Shown: positions 18,124-26,955, counted from the stretch's first letter. The stretch is 43,278 bases of DNA from an uncultured Ruminococcus sp. (GCA_902783705.1 CACZSA010000341.1:1-43278), one strand, 5' to 3'. The notes: generated by a model not told the origin, from the sequence alone. Translations and numbers: made by a program.

Positions 18124-18843
18124 ATGCTCATCACCGTCATCGGCCGGGGTCATTCCGGCACCCGCTCCATCTCCCATACGCTCACGGCAAGCGGCGTCTT
18201 CATGGGCGAACCGCTGAACGTCTCCGGCGACCTTCTTCCGCCCGAGAAGATGTACGAGGCCTGCCGCGTTTTCGCCGAATACGTGACCTATGAAGGGAAC
18301 AACCGCTGGGATTTCTCCCGCGTCAACACCTGTGAGATCCCCGCGAAGTTCAAGACCCTCATCGAGGAATACCTCCACAGCGTTCTGACCTCCGACGCGG
18401 AATACAAGGGCTGGAAGATCCCCGAGACGACGCTCGTCTATCCGTGGATCGTCCGTATGTTCCCACAGATCCGGTATATCTTCTGGGTGCGTGATCCCCG
18501 CGACTGCATCCTCGGCTCGCACCTGACCGACGATCTCGGCGATTTCGGCGTGAAATACGAGAAGACGGGCGACGTCCGGCATGACCGCGCAGTGAGCTGG
18601 CTCTATCAACGTGAGATCGTCCGCGCGACGCCTGTACCGAAATACGCGCTCTCCGTCCGCTTTGAGGACATGGTCTTCGATCAGGACAATACCATTGCGC
18701 GGATCTCGGATTACCTCGGCATTCCGATCGCGAAAATCGAGATGCGCCCGGACTCCGTAGGCCGCTACAAGACCGACGACGGCGTCCACATGTTCGATTT
18801 CTTCGAATCGGATATGAAGGACCTCGGGTATGAGTTCGAATAA
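18124..18843 (+). CDS. sulfotransferase-family protein
   Basis: 239 aa. PAPS 5'-phosphosulfate loop GRGHSGTRS at residues 7-15 and a 3'-phosphate motif WVRDPRD. No signal peptide. Confidence 0.65.
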   Translation: MLITVIGRGHSGTRSISHTLTASGVFMGEPLNVSGDLLPPEKMYEACRVFAEYVTYEGNNRWDFSRVNTCEIPAKFKTLIEEYLHSVLTSDAEYKGWKIPETTLVYPWIVRMFPQIRYIFWVRDPRDCILGSHLTDDLGDFGVKYEKTGDVRHDRAVSWLYQREIVRATPVPKYALSVRFEDMVFDQDNTIARISDYLGIPIAKIEMRPDSVGRYKTDDGVHMFDFFESDMKDLGYEFE

Positions 18844-18871
18844 GACAACTGTACAAAATTATATTATCATC

Positions 18872-18915
18872 AAAAAAGATGCAGGCGGATCTTGTCCGCG
18901 TCTGCATCTTTTGTT
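18872..18915. terminator. bidirectional terminator
   Basis: A6 run, AGATGCAG...CTGCATCT with an inner GCGGA/TCCGC, then a T4 run. It serves the sulfotransferase gene (+) and the S-component gene (-). Confidence 0.8.
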
Positions 18916-18942
18916 GTCGGGTTAACGGCCAGACAGGGTGAA

Positions 18943-18960
18943 ATATTTTGTATAATTCAG
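18943..18960 (+). repeat. left copy of an 18-bp perfect inverted repeat (ATATTTTGTATAATTCAG)
   Basis: Exact reverse complement of 19577-19594. It lies 2 nt beyond the S-component stop codon. Confidence 0.85.
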
Positions 18961-18961
18961 C

Positions 18962-19528
18962 TCATTTCTTAAACATGGACACGAGGCGGACAATCACCGG
19001 GGAAAGAACCATGGTCACAATGATTTCGATGAGGAAATTGGTGGTTATAAAGGTGGCGATCACAAATTGAATCATGGTCAGATTCTGCTCGGATGCCATG
19101 CCTTCAAACATTCCTCTGAAAATGGTAAGCACGCCGGCAATGAAGATGCCCGTATTCACGATGGGAGCGGGAAACGAAGCGATCGTTACGCCCACGGTTT
19201 CGTCAAATCTGCGGACGCCTTTATAGATAAACCCGGCGACAAGACCCGCGAGACCGGTTTTCAAGAGACACATGAGGATCGTGCAGATCATGTTGAAGCT
19301 CAGAAATGCTCCGGTACCGGGAAGCAGCAGGATGACAATACCGTCGATAGCGCCAAGCAGCGCGCCGGTAAGCGGTCCGTAAAGCAGCGCGCCAAGAACG
19401 ATCGGGATCAGCGCCAGATTGATTTCAACCGGCCCAAACTTGATGGGCAGCAGCTGCAATACAACGACAACCGCGATCAGGATACCGACTCTTGTGAGTC
19501 TGTGAATGTTCGAAGTTTTTTGTTTCAT
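18962..19528 (-). CDS. ECF-transporter substrate-specific (S) component, substrate unknown
   Basis: 188 aa, ~6 TM segments, MKQKTSNIHRLTRVGILIAVVVVL... Start at the second ATG (GGAGG 5 nt upstream). Visibly more AT-rich than its neighbours. Confidence 0.7.
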   Translation of the reverse strand: MKQKTSNIHRLTRVGILIAVVVVLQLLPIKFGPVEINLALIPIVLGALLYGPLTGALLGAIDGIVILLLPGTGAFLSFNMICTILMCLLKTGLAGLVAGFIYKGVRRFDETVGVTIASFPAPIVNTGIFIAGVLTIFRGMFEGMASEQNLTMIQFVIATFITTNFLIEIIVTMVLSPVIVRLVSMFKK

Positions 19529-19714
19529 CTCAACCTCCATGATTTGCGAATTGCGGGAATTGGATTCAGGAATTCCCTGAATTATACAAAATATGCATTT
19601 TGTATAATCTTCACGAGAGTTCCGCGGGGAGAAAATCCTTCAGCTCCGACGCCGGATCCGTTCCTTCCCCCACAGAGATAATGTCTCGTCGGATAGAAGG
19701 TCTCTCCGGATTGC
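19529..19714 (-). promoter_or_regulatory. long structured 5' leader (riboswitch-like) of the S-component gene
   Basis: Nested helices on the minus strand: GGAGA/TCTCC, CCTTC/GAAGG, CCGACG/CGTCGG and GAGA-CATTA-TCTC. An AU-rich 12-bp-arm hairpin and a TTCAGG/CCTGAA hairpin follow, ahead of the SD. Confidence 0.4.
19577..19608 (+). repeat. right inverted-repeat copy plus a 28-bp palindrome (ATTATACAAAAT-ATGC-ATTTTGTATAAT)
   Basis: 19577-19594 is the revcomp of 18943-18960. 19581-19592 and 19597-19608 are perfect 12-bp inverted arms. Confidence 0.85.
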
Positions 19715-19720
19715 ATCCAT

Positions 19721-19750
19721 ATTATAACAAAAAACCGGACGGCTTGTCAA
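19721..19750 (-). promoter_or_regulatory. sigma-A type promoter (TTGACA-18-TATAAT)
   Basis: Revcomp of tgtcaa (19745-19750) and attata (19721-19726). Confidence 0.6.
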
Positions 19751-19875
19751 TGTTGAACTGTGACAAACCATCCGGTCCCCCGGTGGGCGTATTCGTCAAA
19801 ATCCATCCGGTCTTTCAGCATTCTAAAATTCCGATTCGCGAACCAATCGCGTCTGTGGGTTACTCTGCCGCCGGA

Positions 19876-22005
19876 TTATATGAGGCGTTCCTCACAAGCG
19901 CATTCGTAAAGACCCGTGTCCCGACCGTCCATCGTCAAGGCGTAGCGGTGATACAGCACGATCGGGATCGCCGACCATCCGTGGCACAGGCTTCCGGCGT
20001 TTCCGAAGTCCCGCGCGCCCTCGATCGTCTCCCAGAACGTCGTCGCGCCCGCCCGGAGCATGTGACCCCATAGATCCGCGATGTCACGGAAGACGGCCCG
20101 TGCATAGCGGTTTTTCTGCTTCATCAGCGCTTCATACTTGAAGATGCTGTATGCGAGCGTCACGGGGATGAGACTCTTCCCTGCCAGATTTACAAGTACA
20201 GAATCCAACCGATCATCCTTCGCCGCGTCCGCATAGGCGATCAGCGCGTTCGTAAGTTCGGCATAGTGATATTTCTCCCCGGTCGCGCGTTTGATGTATG
20301 TCGCGTAAACCCCGCGCTCCTCATCCCAGAACGCCCGGTCGATGGCCTCGTTCAGCGTGCGGTGTTCCTCGAAGTATTGCTCCGCTGCCTCCCGCTCGCC
20401 GAGATTGCCGAGGACCATCGACAGAGCGCGCAGTCCGAACGAGACGAAGGCGCAGAGCGGCGCGTCGAAGGTGACGTCCTCCTCCCGCACGGAGCCGGAG
20501 ATCGAGCCGTCCAGTCCCTTCTGCCATTCGTAGAAATTCCAGTATTTCTGCTCGGTGAAACACGGGATGAGCCCGGTCTCGCGATCCCTGCGCCGGATGA
20601 ACTCGTCCGCGATGCGGCGCAGGACCGGAACGAGCTCCCGCACAAAATCCGCGTCGCCGGAGAACAGGAGATATTCATAGACCTGCGTCAGATAGATCGC
20701 CGAGAAGGCCGGGATCGTGATCGACACCCGCGCGGGCGAACACAGCTCGAGCAGGTTGTCCTCCCGGATCGACTGAGCCATCAAGCGCAGCGACGCCTTC
20801 GGAAAATCAAATTCCCGGAACGCGTAGTACCCGCACAGCATCTGATTCCGCGAATCCATGGAGTATAACGCCTGTTCCCGCCACGGGCAGTCCTCGTAGT
20901 GCTCGTGCATGCACATCCGGAGGGTCCGCTTCGAGACCTCGTAGATCGTCTCGTGCATCCGGTCGGCGCAGGTGAAGAAGACTTCCCTCCCGAGCGGATA
21001 ATCGGTTGGTCGGATCCCGGCGTAATGGATCTTCGCGTGCTTTGTGCGGATGTGCACCTCGAGATATCGCATCCCGAGGCGGCGGAACGGATGCACGAAG
21101 CGGACGCGGCCGGCCTTGGCGCAATAGGACGCCGCGAAATTCCGACCGCCGATGAACGTCCGCACGCGCAGATCGTCGAGGTGCTCGCCCCAGCCGACGA
21201 GGATCTCGCAGTCCGCGTCCGCCTCGAGATCGAGGGACAAAAGCCCCGCGTTCTCCCGTCCGGTGTCGACGAGGAAGAAGATCCCGTCGTCCTCCCCAGC
21301 GTCGAGCGCGATCCCACCCGCATCCGGCAGACGGCGCGAGAGATCATGCCGTCCGAACCGGAGCGCGGCGGACTGCATCCTCTCGCCGAGGGAGAGTTTC
21401 TCCGCGTCCGGTGTCTCCGTATATGTGCCGCTCACCGTCATCACCGCGGGCTCGTCATCCCTGAGGGTGAGCTTCTGGATCGGACGCTCACGCACGGGCA
21501 GCGGTTTCTCACAAAGGACGCAGGGACCGAAATCCGCTTCCGGTACCCGCGCGTCAAACCGGAAGGAATACCCAAGCTGACCCGAGACGCGCTCGACGCC
21601 CGGCCCCATCGCGTATCCGTTCACCGGGCGGACACGGGTCCCCTCCCCGCTTGCCGCGACACATGCGCCATCCGCGAAGATCTCGTAAATCAGTCCGGCC
21701 CGCTCGCCCCGCACCGTCGAGCTGTCGTCTCCCTGGTGCCAGCACCGGATGACGAGGCGGCACTCTCCGGGCTCGAGGACGTCCGTCAGGTCGAGCAGGT
21801 CGTAGACCTTATCGAAGGGATAGTCGGCGTACTGCCCGAAGAAGAGCACCCCGCCCGCTTCAAAGGCATAGTTCGTGTCGACCGAGACCGCCATGGTGAT
21901 CCGCTGGCCCGCGCGGACCGGAAACACCGCCTCCGCGTCGATATAGGTGTTCGGGGAATCATACCCCTCCGCCCAGATCCATTTTCCCGTTTTCCAGAGC
22001 TCCAT
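19876..22005 (-). CDS. GH78-like alpha-L-rhamnosidase-family six-hairpin glycosidase
   Basis: HYEDCPWREQALYSMDSR and ATTFWETIEG...GSLCHGWSAIP motifs. Start moved to ATG 22005 (GGAGGTG SD), because the -10 box lies inside the track's extension. Confidence 0.65.
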   Translation of the reverse strand: MELWKTGKWIWAEGYDSPNTYIDAEAVFPVRAGQRITMAVSVDTNYAFEAGGVLFFGQYADYPFDKVYDLLDLTDVLEPGECRLVIRCWHQGDDSSTVRGERAGLIYEIFADGACVAASGEGTRVRPVNGYAMGPGVERVSGQLGYSFRFDARVPEADFGPCVLCEKPLPVRERPIQKLTLRDDEPAVMTVSGTYTETPDAEKLSLGERMQSAALRFGRHDLSRRLPDAGGIALDAGEDDGIFFLVDTGRENAGLLSLDLEADADCEILVGWGEHLDDLRVRTFIGGRNFAASYCAKAGRVRFVHPFRRLGMRYLEVHIRTKHAKIHYAGIRPTDYPLGREVFFTCADRMHETIYEVSKRTLRMCMHEHYEDCPWREQALYSMDSRNQMLCGYYAFREFDFPKASLRLMAQSIREDNLLELCSPARVSITIPAFSAIYLTQVYEYLLFSGDADFVRELVPVLRRIADEFIRRRDRETGLIPCFTEQKYWNFYEWQKGLDGSISGSVREEDVTFDAPLCAFVSFGLRALSMVLGNLGEREAAEQYFEEHRTLNEAIDRAFWDEERGVYATYIKRATGEKYHYAELTNALIAYADAAKDDRLDSVLVNLAGKSLIPVTLAYSIFKYEALMKQKNRYARAVFRDIADLWGHMLRAGATTFWETIEGARDFGNAGSLCHGWSAIPIVLYHRYALTMDGRDTGLYECACEERLI

Positions 22006-22038
22006 ACGCACCTCCGAATGTCCGTTTTCTTCATTCGG

Positions 22039-22049
22039 ATTATAGCACA
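22039..22049 (-). promoter_or_regulatory. TGTGCTATAAT promoter box
   Basis: Revcomp of attatagcaca, ~35 nt upstream of ATG 22005. Confidence 0.5.
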
Positions 22050-22077
22050 TCCGCGCAGGAAATACAAGGCGGAGGCT

Positions 22078-22347
22078 TCATTTTTTCACCCCGCGTTCCC
22101 GCAGATTCTGGTATTTCCGCCGTGTCGCCTCGCCGCCGCGCAGATGCCGTTCCGCCTTGTTCTGCGCGAGGATCCCGGCGACGGCGGCATAGAGCGCGGG
22201 ATTGTCCCGTCTGAGTTTTTCCGTGACGTCCTTGTGTACGGTCGACTTGCTGACGCCGAAACGCGCCGCCGCCTCCCGCACCGTGGCCCGGTTCTCCGCG
22301 ATGTACTGCCCGAGCGCCGTGCTCCGCTCATAGGTATCGAATCTCAT
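22078..22347 (-). CDS. spoIIID: sporulation transcriptional regulator SpoIIID
   Basis: 89 aa. FGVSKSTVHKDV helix-turn-helix and HLRGGEAT motif. A CATATACT box ~45 nt upstream is sigma-E-like. Confidence 0.9.
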   Translation of the reverse strand: MRFDTYERSTALGQYIAENRATVREAAARFGVSKSTVHKDVTEKLRRDNPALYAAVAGILAQNKAERHLRGGEATRRKYQNLRERGVKK

Positions 22348-22493
22348 ATTCGCCTCCGGAAAGGTTGTCTCACAGTCCCGTTCCAGTATATGAGGCGAGG
22401 AGGAGGTTATGACGGAAAAACGGATTCATCTGCGATCCAACCAAACGGCGAATTTGCAGGAAGCGAAATACACGCAAATCGACGTATGATCGC

Positions 22494-22522
22494 TTCCATT
22501 TTTCAGCCTTCCGTGGTATAAT
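22494..22522 (+). promoter_or_regulatory. promoter for the XRE regulator gene
   Basis: TTCCAT, 17 nt, TGGTATAAT with the -10 at 22517-22522. Confidence 0.4.
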
Positions 22523-22553
22523 CGATACGAAATCAAAACGGAGGATGAGAAAC

Positions 22554-23384
22554 ATGGGACTTGGAAGGAACATTGCCGAATTAAGAAAGCAGCGAGGCTT
22601 CACACAGGAGGAGCTCGGCGCTCGGCTCGGGGTGACGAATCAGGCGGTTTCAAAATGGGAAAACGAAACGTCTCTGCCGGACGTCATGCTTCTGCCTGAA
22701 CTGGCGGATGCGCTCGGCGTGACGCTGAACGCGCTGTACGGGATCAAAGAAATAAAGCCGGAGAAGGTCCGGGCGGACGATTTCCCAAAAGCCGCGCGGG
22801 AGTCCTTGAAAAAATTCTTTGTCGAACAAGCGGGAGCGATAATGCCGGGCGGCCAGGAGCTCGGCGAACACATCGACTTGCTCGGATGCGTATCGGACAC
22901 ATCCGGGACCGTATTTCTCTCAAGAGACTTCTCCTTTATTGAAAACACATTCGGTATGCCCGGCAGCGAGGCGATCTTTGAGCACGCGGAACTGATCCCG
23001 ATCCTGAAAAAACTGACGGACAGGAACGCGCTGAGAGTTTTTGCCTATATGTACCGAACGACTTTTGAGAGAAAAGCTTCCGATCCCGGAACAGAATCCT
23101 GGGAATGGGCCTGCACGTATACCGTGCCCGCTGTCGCCGCGGATTGCGGTCTTGATGAAGACGAAGTTCTGGAAGCGGTGGAAAAACTGGATTCCCTGCA
23201 TCTGATCGACTTCAAATGGTTTCACGACGGCGTGACGGAGTACTACTTTTCAAAGGACTATGCCCAATTTGTTCTGGTGCTCTTCCGCACGCTTGAAATT
23301 CTGTTTACGGATTCCCGCACCTATGCGCTCTGGCGGGATTCGTCGAAGATCTCGGACTATCTCTTCGAAAAGCTCTGGAAATGA
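22554..23384 (+). CDS. XRE-family HTH regulator with a C-terminal winged-helix-like domain
   Basis: N-terminal IAELRKQRGFTQEELGARLGVTNQAVSKWE. Start at ATG 22554 (GGAGG 9 nt upstream). Confidence 0.75.
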   Translation: MGLGRNIAELRKQRGFTQEELGARLGVTNQAVSKWENETSLPDVMLLPELADALGVTLNALYGIKEIKPEKVRADDFPKAARESLKKFFVEQAGAIMPGGQELGEHIDLLGCVSDTSGTVFLSRDFSFIENTFGMPGSEAIFEHAELIPILKKLTDRNALRVFAYMYRTTFERKASDPGTESWEWACTYTVPAVAADCGLDEDEVLEAVEKLDSLHLIDFKWFHDGVTEYYFSKDYAQFVLVLFRTLEILFTDSRTYALWRDSSKISDYLFEKLWK

Positions 23385-23385
23385 G

Positions 23386-23418
23386 AAAAAGCCGTGGGAT
23401 CGCTCCTGCGGCTTTTTG
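23386..23418. terminator. bidirectional terminator
   Basis: AAAAAGCCG...CGGCTTTTT between convergent genes. Confidence 0.75.
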
Positions 23419-23424
23419 GCTTCG

Positions 23425-23724
23425 TCAGAAATTATAGTACGGACAGTTTCTGTATTTCTCCGGCCACTTCGCTTTCTCCTGCTCAAAGCCGATTTTCTCG
23501 ACGAAGATGCACTTCTCGTCTTCGCAGACCTTTTCATTGAGATACTCGATGAAGTCCGTCTCGTCAAACAGAACAACGCCGCCTATATCGCGCGGATGGA
23601 TCTGGAGTTTTTTCGCGTTCCGGTGGAACGTATCGCAGAGCTTGAAAAACGACCGCGCTACTTCGTCCGGAACCCGGTACACGCTGAGTTCGCCGTCCGC
23701 GCTCAGGATCACATGCTTCGGCAT
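23425..23724 (-). CDS. hypothetical protein (99 aa)
   Basis: GGAGGAG SD. I recognise no motif. Lower GC than its surroundings. Confidence 0.6.
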   Translation of the reverse strand: MPKHVILSADGELSVYRVPDEVARSFFKLCDTFHRNAKKLQIHPRDIGGVVLFDETDFIEYLNEKVCEDEKCIFVEKIGFEQEKAKWPEKYRNCPYYNF

Positions 23725-23742
23725 AAACTCCTCCTTGCTTCT

Positions 23743-23788
23743 AAAAAACGAAAGGAACGGAAGGATCCCGCCCTCCGTTCCTTTTTTG
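23743..23788. terminator. terminator after galM
   Basis: 10-bp stem AAGGAACGGA/TCCGTTCCTT flanked by an A6 run and a T6 run. Confidence 0.8.
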
Positions 23789-23790
23789 TG

Positions 23791-24846
23791 TCAGTTGCTG
23801 AACTTGTAGATCGTGGTGGTGTCGTACTTCTCACCCGGCTTCAGGACCGTGGAGGTGAATTCGGGATGGTTCACCGCGTCCGGGATGCACTGGGTCTCGA
23901 GACAGACGGCGCAGTGCTTGTACTGCTTCACGCCGCCCTTGAAGGGAGCGTCGTCCGGGTTGATCATGTTCGCCGTGTAGATCTGCACGCAGGGCTGATC
24001 CGTCCAGAGGGTGACCTTTCTGCCGGACTTCGGATCGGTGACGGATCCGCGAGGCCGGAGCTGTCCGTTGTACGCGGAGAAGACGAAGTTGTTGTCGTAG
24101 CCGCCGAATTCCTTCATCATCGGATAGTCCGACTTGAACCCTTCGCCGATCGGCTTGCCCGCGCGGAAGTCGTACGGTGTGCCTTCGACGTCGATGAACT
24201 TGCCGTCCGGGATGAGCTCGGAGTCGAGGGAGTTGATCTTGTCGCAGTCGAGCTGGAGGATCTGCTCGTCGATCACGCCGGAGTCGAAGCCGCCGAGGTT
24301 GTAGTAAGCGTGGTTCGTCATGTTCACGACCGTGGTCTTGTCCGTCGTCGCTTCGTAGTGGATCGAGAGCGCGCCGCACTTCGTCAGGGTGTAGGTCACC
24401 TTGACGGTCAGCGTGCCGGGGTAGTTCTCTTCCCCGTCCGGGCTCACGTAGGTCAGCGTGAGAGCCGGATTCTCGGGGCAGTCATGCTCCTCAACGTCCC
24501 AGATCTTCGCGTTGAAGCCGGATTTGCCGCCGTGGAGGGAGTTCTTGCCGTCGTTCTGGAAGATCTGATATTCCTTCCCTTCGAGCGTGAATCTGCCGCC
24601 CGCGATCCGGTTGCCGATGCGTCCGATCAGGGCGCCCTGATAGCCGCCCGCCGTGAGATACCCTTCGAGGCTGTCGTAGCCGCAGATCACGTCCGCGCAG
24701 CAGCCCGCCTTATCCTTGACCCAGATATTCTTGAGGATGCCGCCGTAGTTGAGGATGCACACCGAGACGATCGAATCGTTTGTGAGCGTGTAGGCATAGA
24801 CTTCGCATCCGCAGGGGAGTTTTCCGAAAAGCTCTTTCTTAATCAT
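23791..24846 (-). CDS. galM: aldose 1-epimerase (galactose mutarotase)
   Basis: 351 aa. SLHGG, NHAYYNL and catalytic-region patterns typical of GalM. Confidence 0.85.
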   Translation of the reverse strand: MIKKELFGKLPCGCEVYAYTLTNDSIVSVCILNYGGILKNIWVKDKAGCCADVICGYDSLEGYLTAGGYQGALIGRIGNRIAGGRFTLEGKEYQIFQNDGKNSLHGGKSGFNAKIWDVEEHDCPENPALTLTYVSPDGEENYPGTLTVKVTYTLTKCGALSIHYEATTDKTTVVNMTNHAYYNLGGFDSGVIDEQILQLDCDKINSLDSELIPDGKFIDVEGTPYDFRAGKPIGEGFKSDYPMMKEFGGYDNNFVFSAYNGQLRPRGSVTDPKSGRKVTLWTDQPCVQIYTANMINPDDAPFKGGVKQYKHCAVCLETQCIPDAVNHPEFTSTVLKPGEKYDTTTIYKFSN

Positions 24847-24861
24847 TTCCGTGCTCCTTTA

Positions 24862-25878
24862 TCAGTCGTCGTATCCGTTCGGGTTGTTCTTCTGCCATCT
24901 CCAGGAGTCCTCGCACATCTCGCGGATGCCGTTTTCAGCCTTCCAGCCAAGCTCTTTTTCGGCGAGCGCGGCGGAGGAGTAGCATTCGTCGATGTCGCCG
25001 GGACGTCTCGGGCCGATGACGTACGGGATCTTCACGCCCGTCGCTTCCTCGAAGTTCTTTACGATGTCGAGGACGCTGTAGCCGATGCCCGTGCCGAGGT
25101 TGTAGACCTTGCAGCCGCAGTTCTCCGCGAGCTTCTTCACCGCGCAGACGTGGCCCTTCGCGAGGTCGACCACGTGGATGTAGTCGCGCACTCCCGTGCC
25201 GTCATGAGTTTTATAATCGTTGCCGAAGACCGTCAGCTTTTCCCGCTTGCCGACCGCCACCTGGGTGACATAGGGCATGAGGTTGTTCGGGATGCCGTTC
25301 GGGTTCTCGCCGATGAGGCCGGACTTGTGCGCGCCGATCGGGTTGAAGTAGCGGAGCAGCACGACGTTCCATTCGGGATCGGCTTTCTGGATGTCGGTGA
25401 GGATCTGTTCGAGCATGGACTTTGTCCAGCCGTAGGGGTTGGTGCAGTTCCCCTTCGGGCATTCCTCGGTGATCGGAACGAACGCCGGGGAACCGTAAAC
25501 CGTCGCGGAGGAGGAGAAGATGATGTTCTTGCATCCGTGCTTCCGCATGACGTCGGTGAGGACGAGGGTGCCGCCGATGTTGTTGTCGTAGTATTCCCAC
25601 GGCTTCGCGACGGATTCGCCCACGGCCTTGAGCCCCGCGAAGTGGATGACGGAATCGATCTTTTCGTTTTCGAAGATGTTCTCCATGTCCTCGCGGGAAC
25701 GGATGTCGGCGAGGTAGAACTTCACCGGCTTGCCCGTGATCTTCTCCACGCGCTCAAGGGATTTCTTCGAGGAATTCACGAGATTGTCGCAGACCACGAC
25801 GTCGTAGCCCGCGTTCTGCAGCTCGATGACGGTGTGCGAGCCGATGTAGCCCGCGCCGCCCGTTACAAGAATCGCCAT
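24862..25878 (-). CDS. galE: UDP-glucose 4-epimerase
   Basis: 338 aa. GGAGYIGSH Rossmann motif and YGWTK (YxxxK). Confidence 0.9.
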   Translation of the reverse strand: MAILVTGGAGYIGSHTVIELQNAGYDVVVCDNLVNSSKKSLERVEKITGKPVKFYLADIRSREDMENIFENEKIDSVIHFAGLKAVGESVAKPWEYYDNNIGGTLVLTDVMRKHGCKNIIFSSSATVYGSPAFVPITEECPKGNCTNPYGWTKSMLEQILTDIQKADPEWNVVLLRYFNPIGAHKSGLIGENPNGIPNNLMPYVTQVAVGKREKLTVFGNDYKTHDGTGVRDYIHVVDLAKGHVCAVKKLAENCGCKVYNLGTGIGYSVLDIVKNFEEATGVKIPYVIGPRRPGDIDECYSSAALAEKELGWKAENGIREMCEDSWRWQKNNPNGYDD

Positions 25879-25891
25879 GTCGTCCTCCCGC

Positions 25892-26791
25892 TTATTTCCA
25901 GAGACCGTTCGGATATTCGCCCGCCGCGATGAGGGCCTTCAGCTTCGCGATGACGTCCGGCTTGTCGTTCGCGTAGGTCACGCCGAACCACTTTGCGGAG
26001 GTGGTGAGGACCTCGACGTCGCAGTCGCCCGCCTTGATCATCTTGCCGATGGTGTTGGGCAGGAGGCATTCGCTCTTGAGCGGTTCTCTTTCGGGATCGT
26101 CGATGAACGCGGCAAAGTCTGCGTCCAGGCCTTCAAAGACCTTCGGCGTGAAGCCCCAGAAGTTCATGGAGACGACGGTGTCGTTCGGGAGATGCACGGT
26201 CTCGCCGTTCTCTTCGAAATATGCGCCGCCCTCTTCCTTGAAGAGCTTGGTCCGCTCGACGATCTTGTCGAGATAGCCGTCGGCGGTGGCATGGCATTCG
26301 CCGCGCGCGACGGAGCCGTTGTCGGTGAGGGTGTTGCCGAGGCGGTAGCCGACCATGCAGAAGTGCGTGGAATCGTTGTCCGCTTTTTTCAGGAATTCCG
26401 CAGCCTTGAAGAACGCGTCGCGTCCGTAGAAGTCATCCGCGTTGATGACGGCGAAGGGATCGTCGAGAACGTCCTTGCCGCAGAGGAGCGCGTGGGTGGT
26501 GCCCCAGGGCTTTACGCGTTCAGCGGGGATCTTGCAGGCGCAGACGCCGGAATCCAGCCCCTGGAACACGTATTCGACCTTGACCTTGCCTTCGATGCGG
26601 GCGCCGACGGTCTCCTTGAAGACCTCATAGTTCTCCTTTTTGATGACGAAGACCACGCGGTCGAACCCGGCCTTGATCGCGTCGTAGATGGAAAAGTCGA
26701 TGATAAACTCACCGTTCTCGGTGAAGGGATCGATCTGCTTCAGTCCGCCGTAACGGGAACCCATGCCGGCCGCGAGGATAAATAAAGTCAT
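25892..26791 (-). CDS. sugar-phosphate nucleotidyltransferase, specificity unknown
   Basis: 299 aa. N-terminal [11 protein letters not shown] (GxGxR) signature. Confidence 0.7.
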   Translation of the reverse strand: MTLFILAAGMGSRYGGLKQIDPFTENGEFIIDFSIYDAIKAGFDRVVFVIKKENYEVFKETVGARIEGKVKVEYVFQGLDSGVCACKIPAERVKPWGTTHALLCGKDVLDDPFAVINADDFYGRDAFFKAAEFLKKADNDSTHFCMVGYRLGNTLTDNGSVARGECHATADGYLDKIVERTKLFKEEGGAYFEENGETVHLPNDTVVSMNFWGFTPKVFEGLDADFAAFIDDPEREPLKSECLLPNTIGKMIKAGDCDVEVLTTSAKWFGVTYANDKPDVIAKLKALIAAGEYPNGLWK

Positions 26792-26845
26792 AATACGTAA
26801 ACCTCCTGTATGTTCCGGGCGATATGCCCTGATACTTCATTTTGT

Positions 26846-26856
26846 ATCATAGCACA
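26846..26856 (-). promoter_or_regulatory. TGTGCTATGAT promoter box for the nucleotidyltransferase-galE-galM operon
   Basis: Revcomp of atcatagcaca, ~55 nt upstream of ATG 26791. Confidence 0.45.
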
Positions 26857-26918
26857 ACCGGAGCCCGATTTCAAGTAGATTCCGTAAATTGTGCCGTTTT
26901 TTTGCATCGGTTAAGCAG

Positions 26919-26955
26919 AAAAAGGCCGCGCCGATCGGAGAGGACCGGCACGGCC
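26919..26955 (-). terminator. terminator of the Cys-rich gene
   Basis: Minus strand: GGCCGTGCCG...CGGCGCGGCC (with a G.U only on this strand), followed by TTTTT. Confidence 0.75.

Noticed and set aside
19762-19787. Hairpin CCACCGG-GGGA-CCGGATGG (minus strand), and the direct repeat CCATCCGGTC at ~19768 and ~19802.
   Set aside because: It is plausibly a weak terminator for the GH78-like gene (followed by UUUGU). The 10-nt direct repeat is too short to distinguish from chance.
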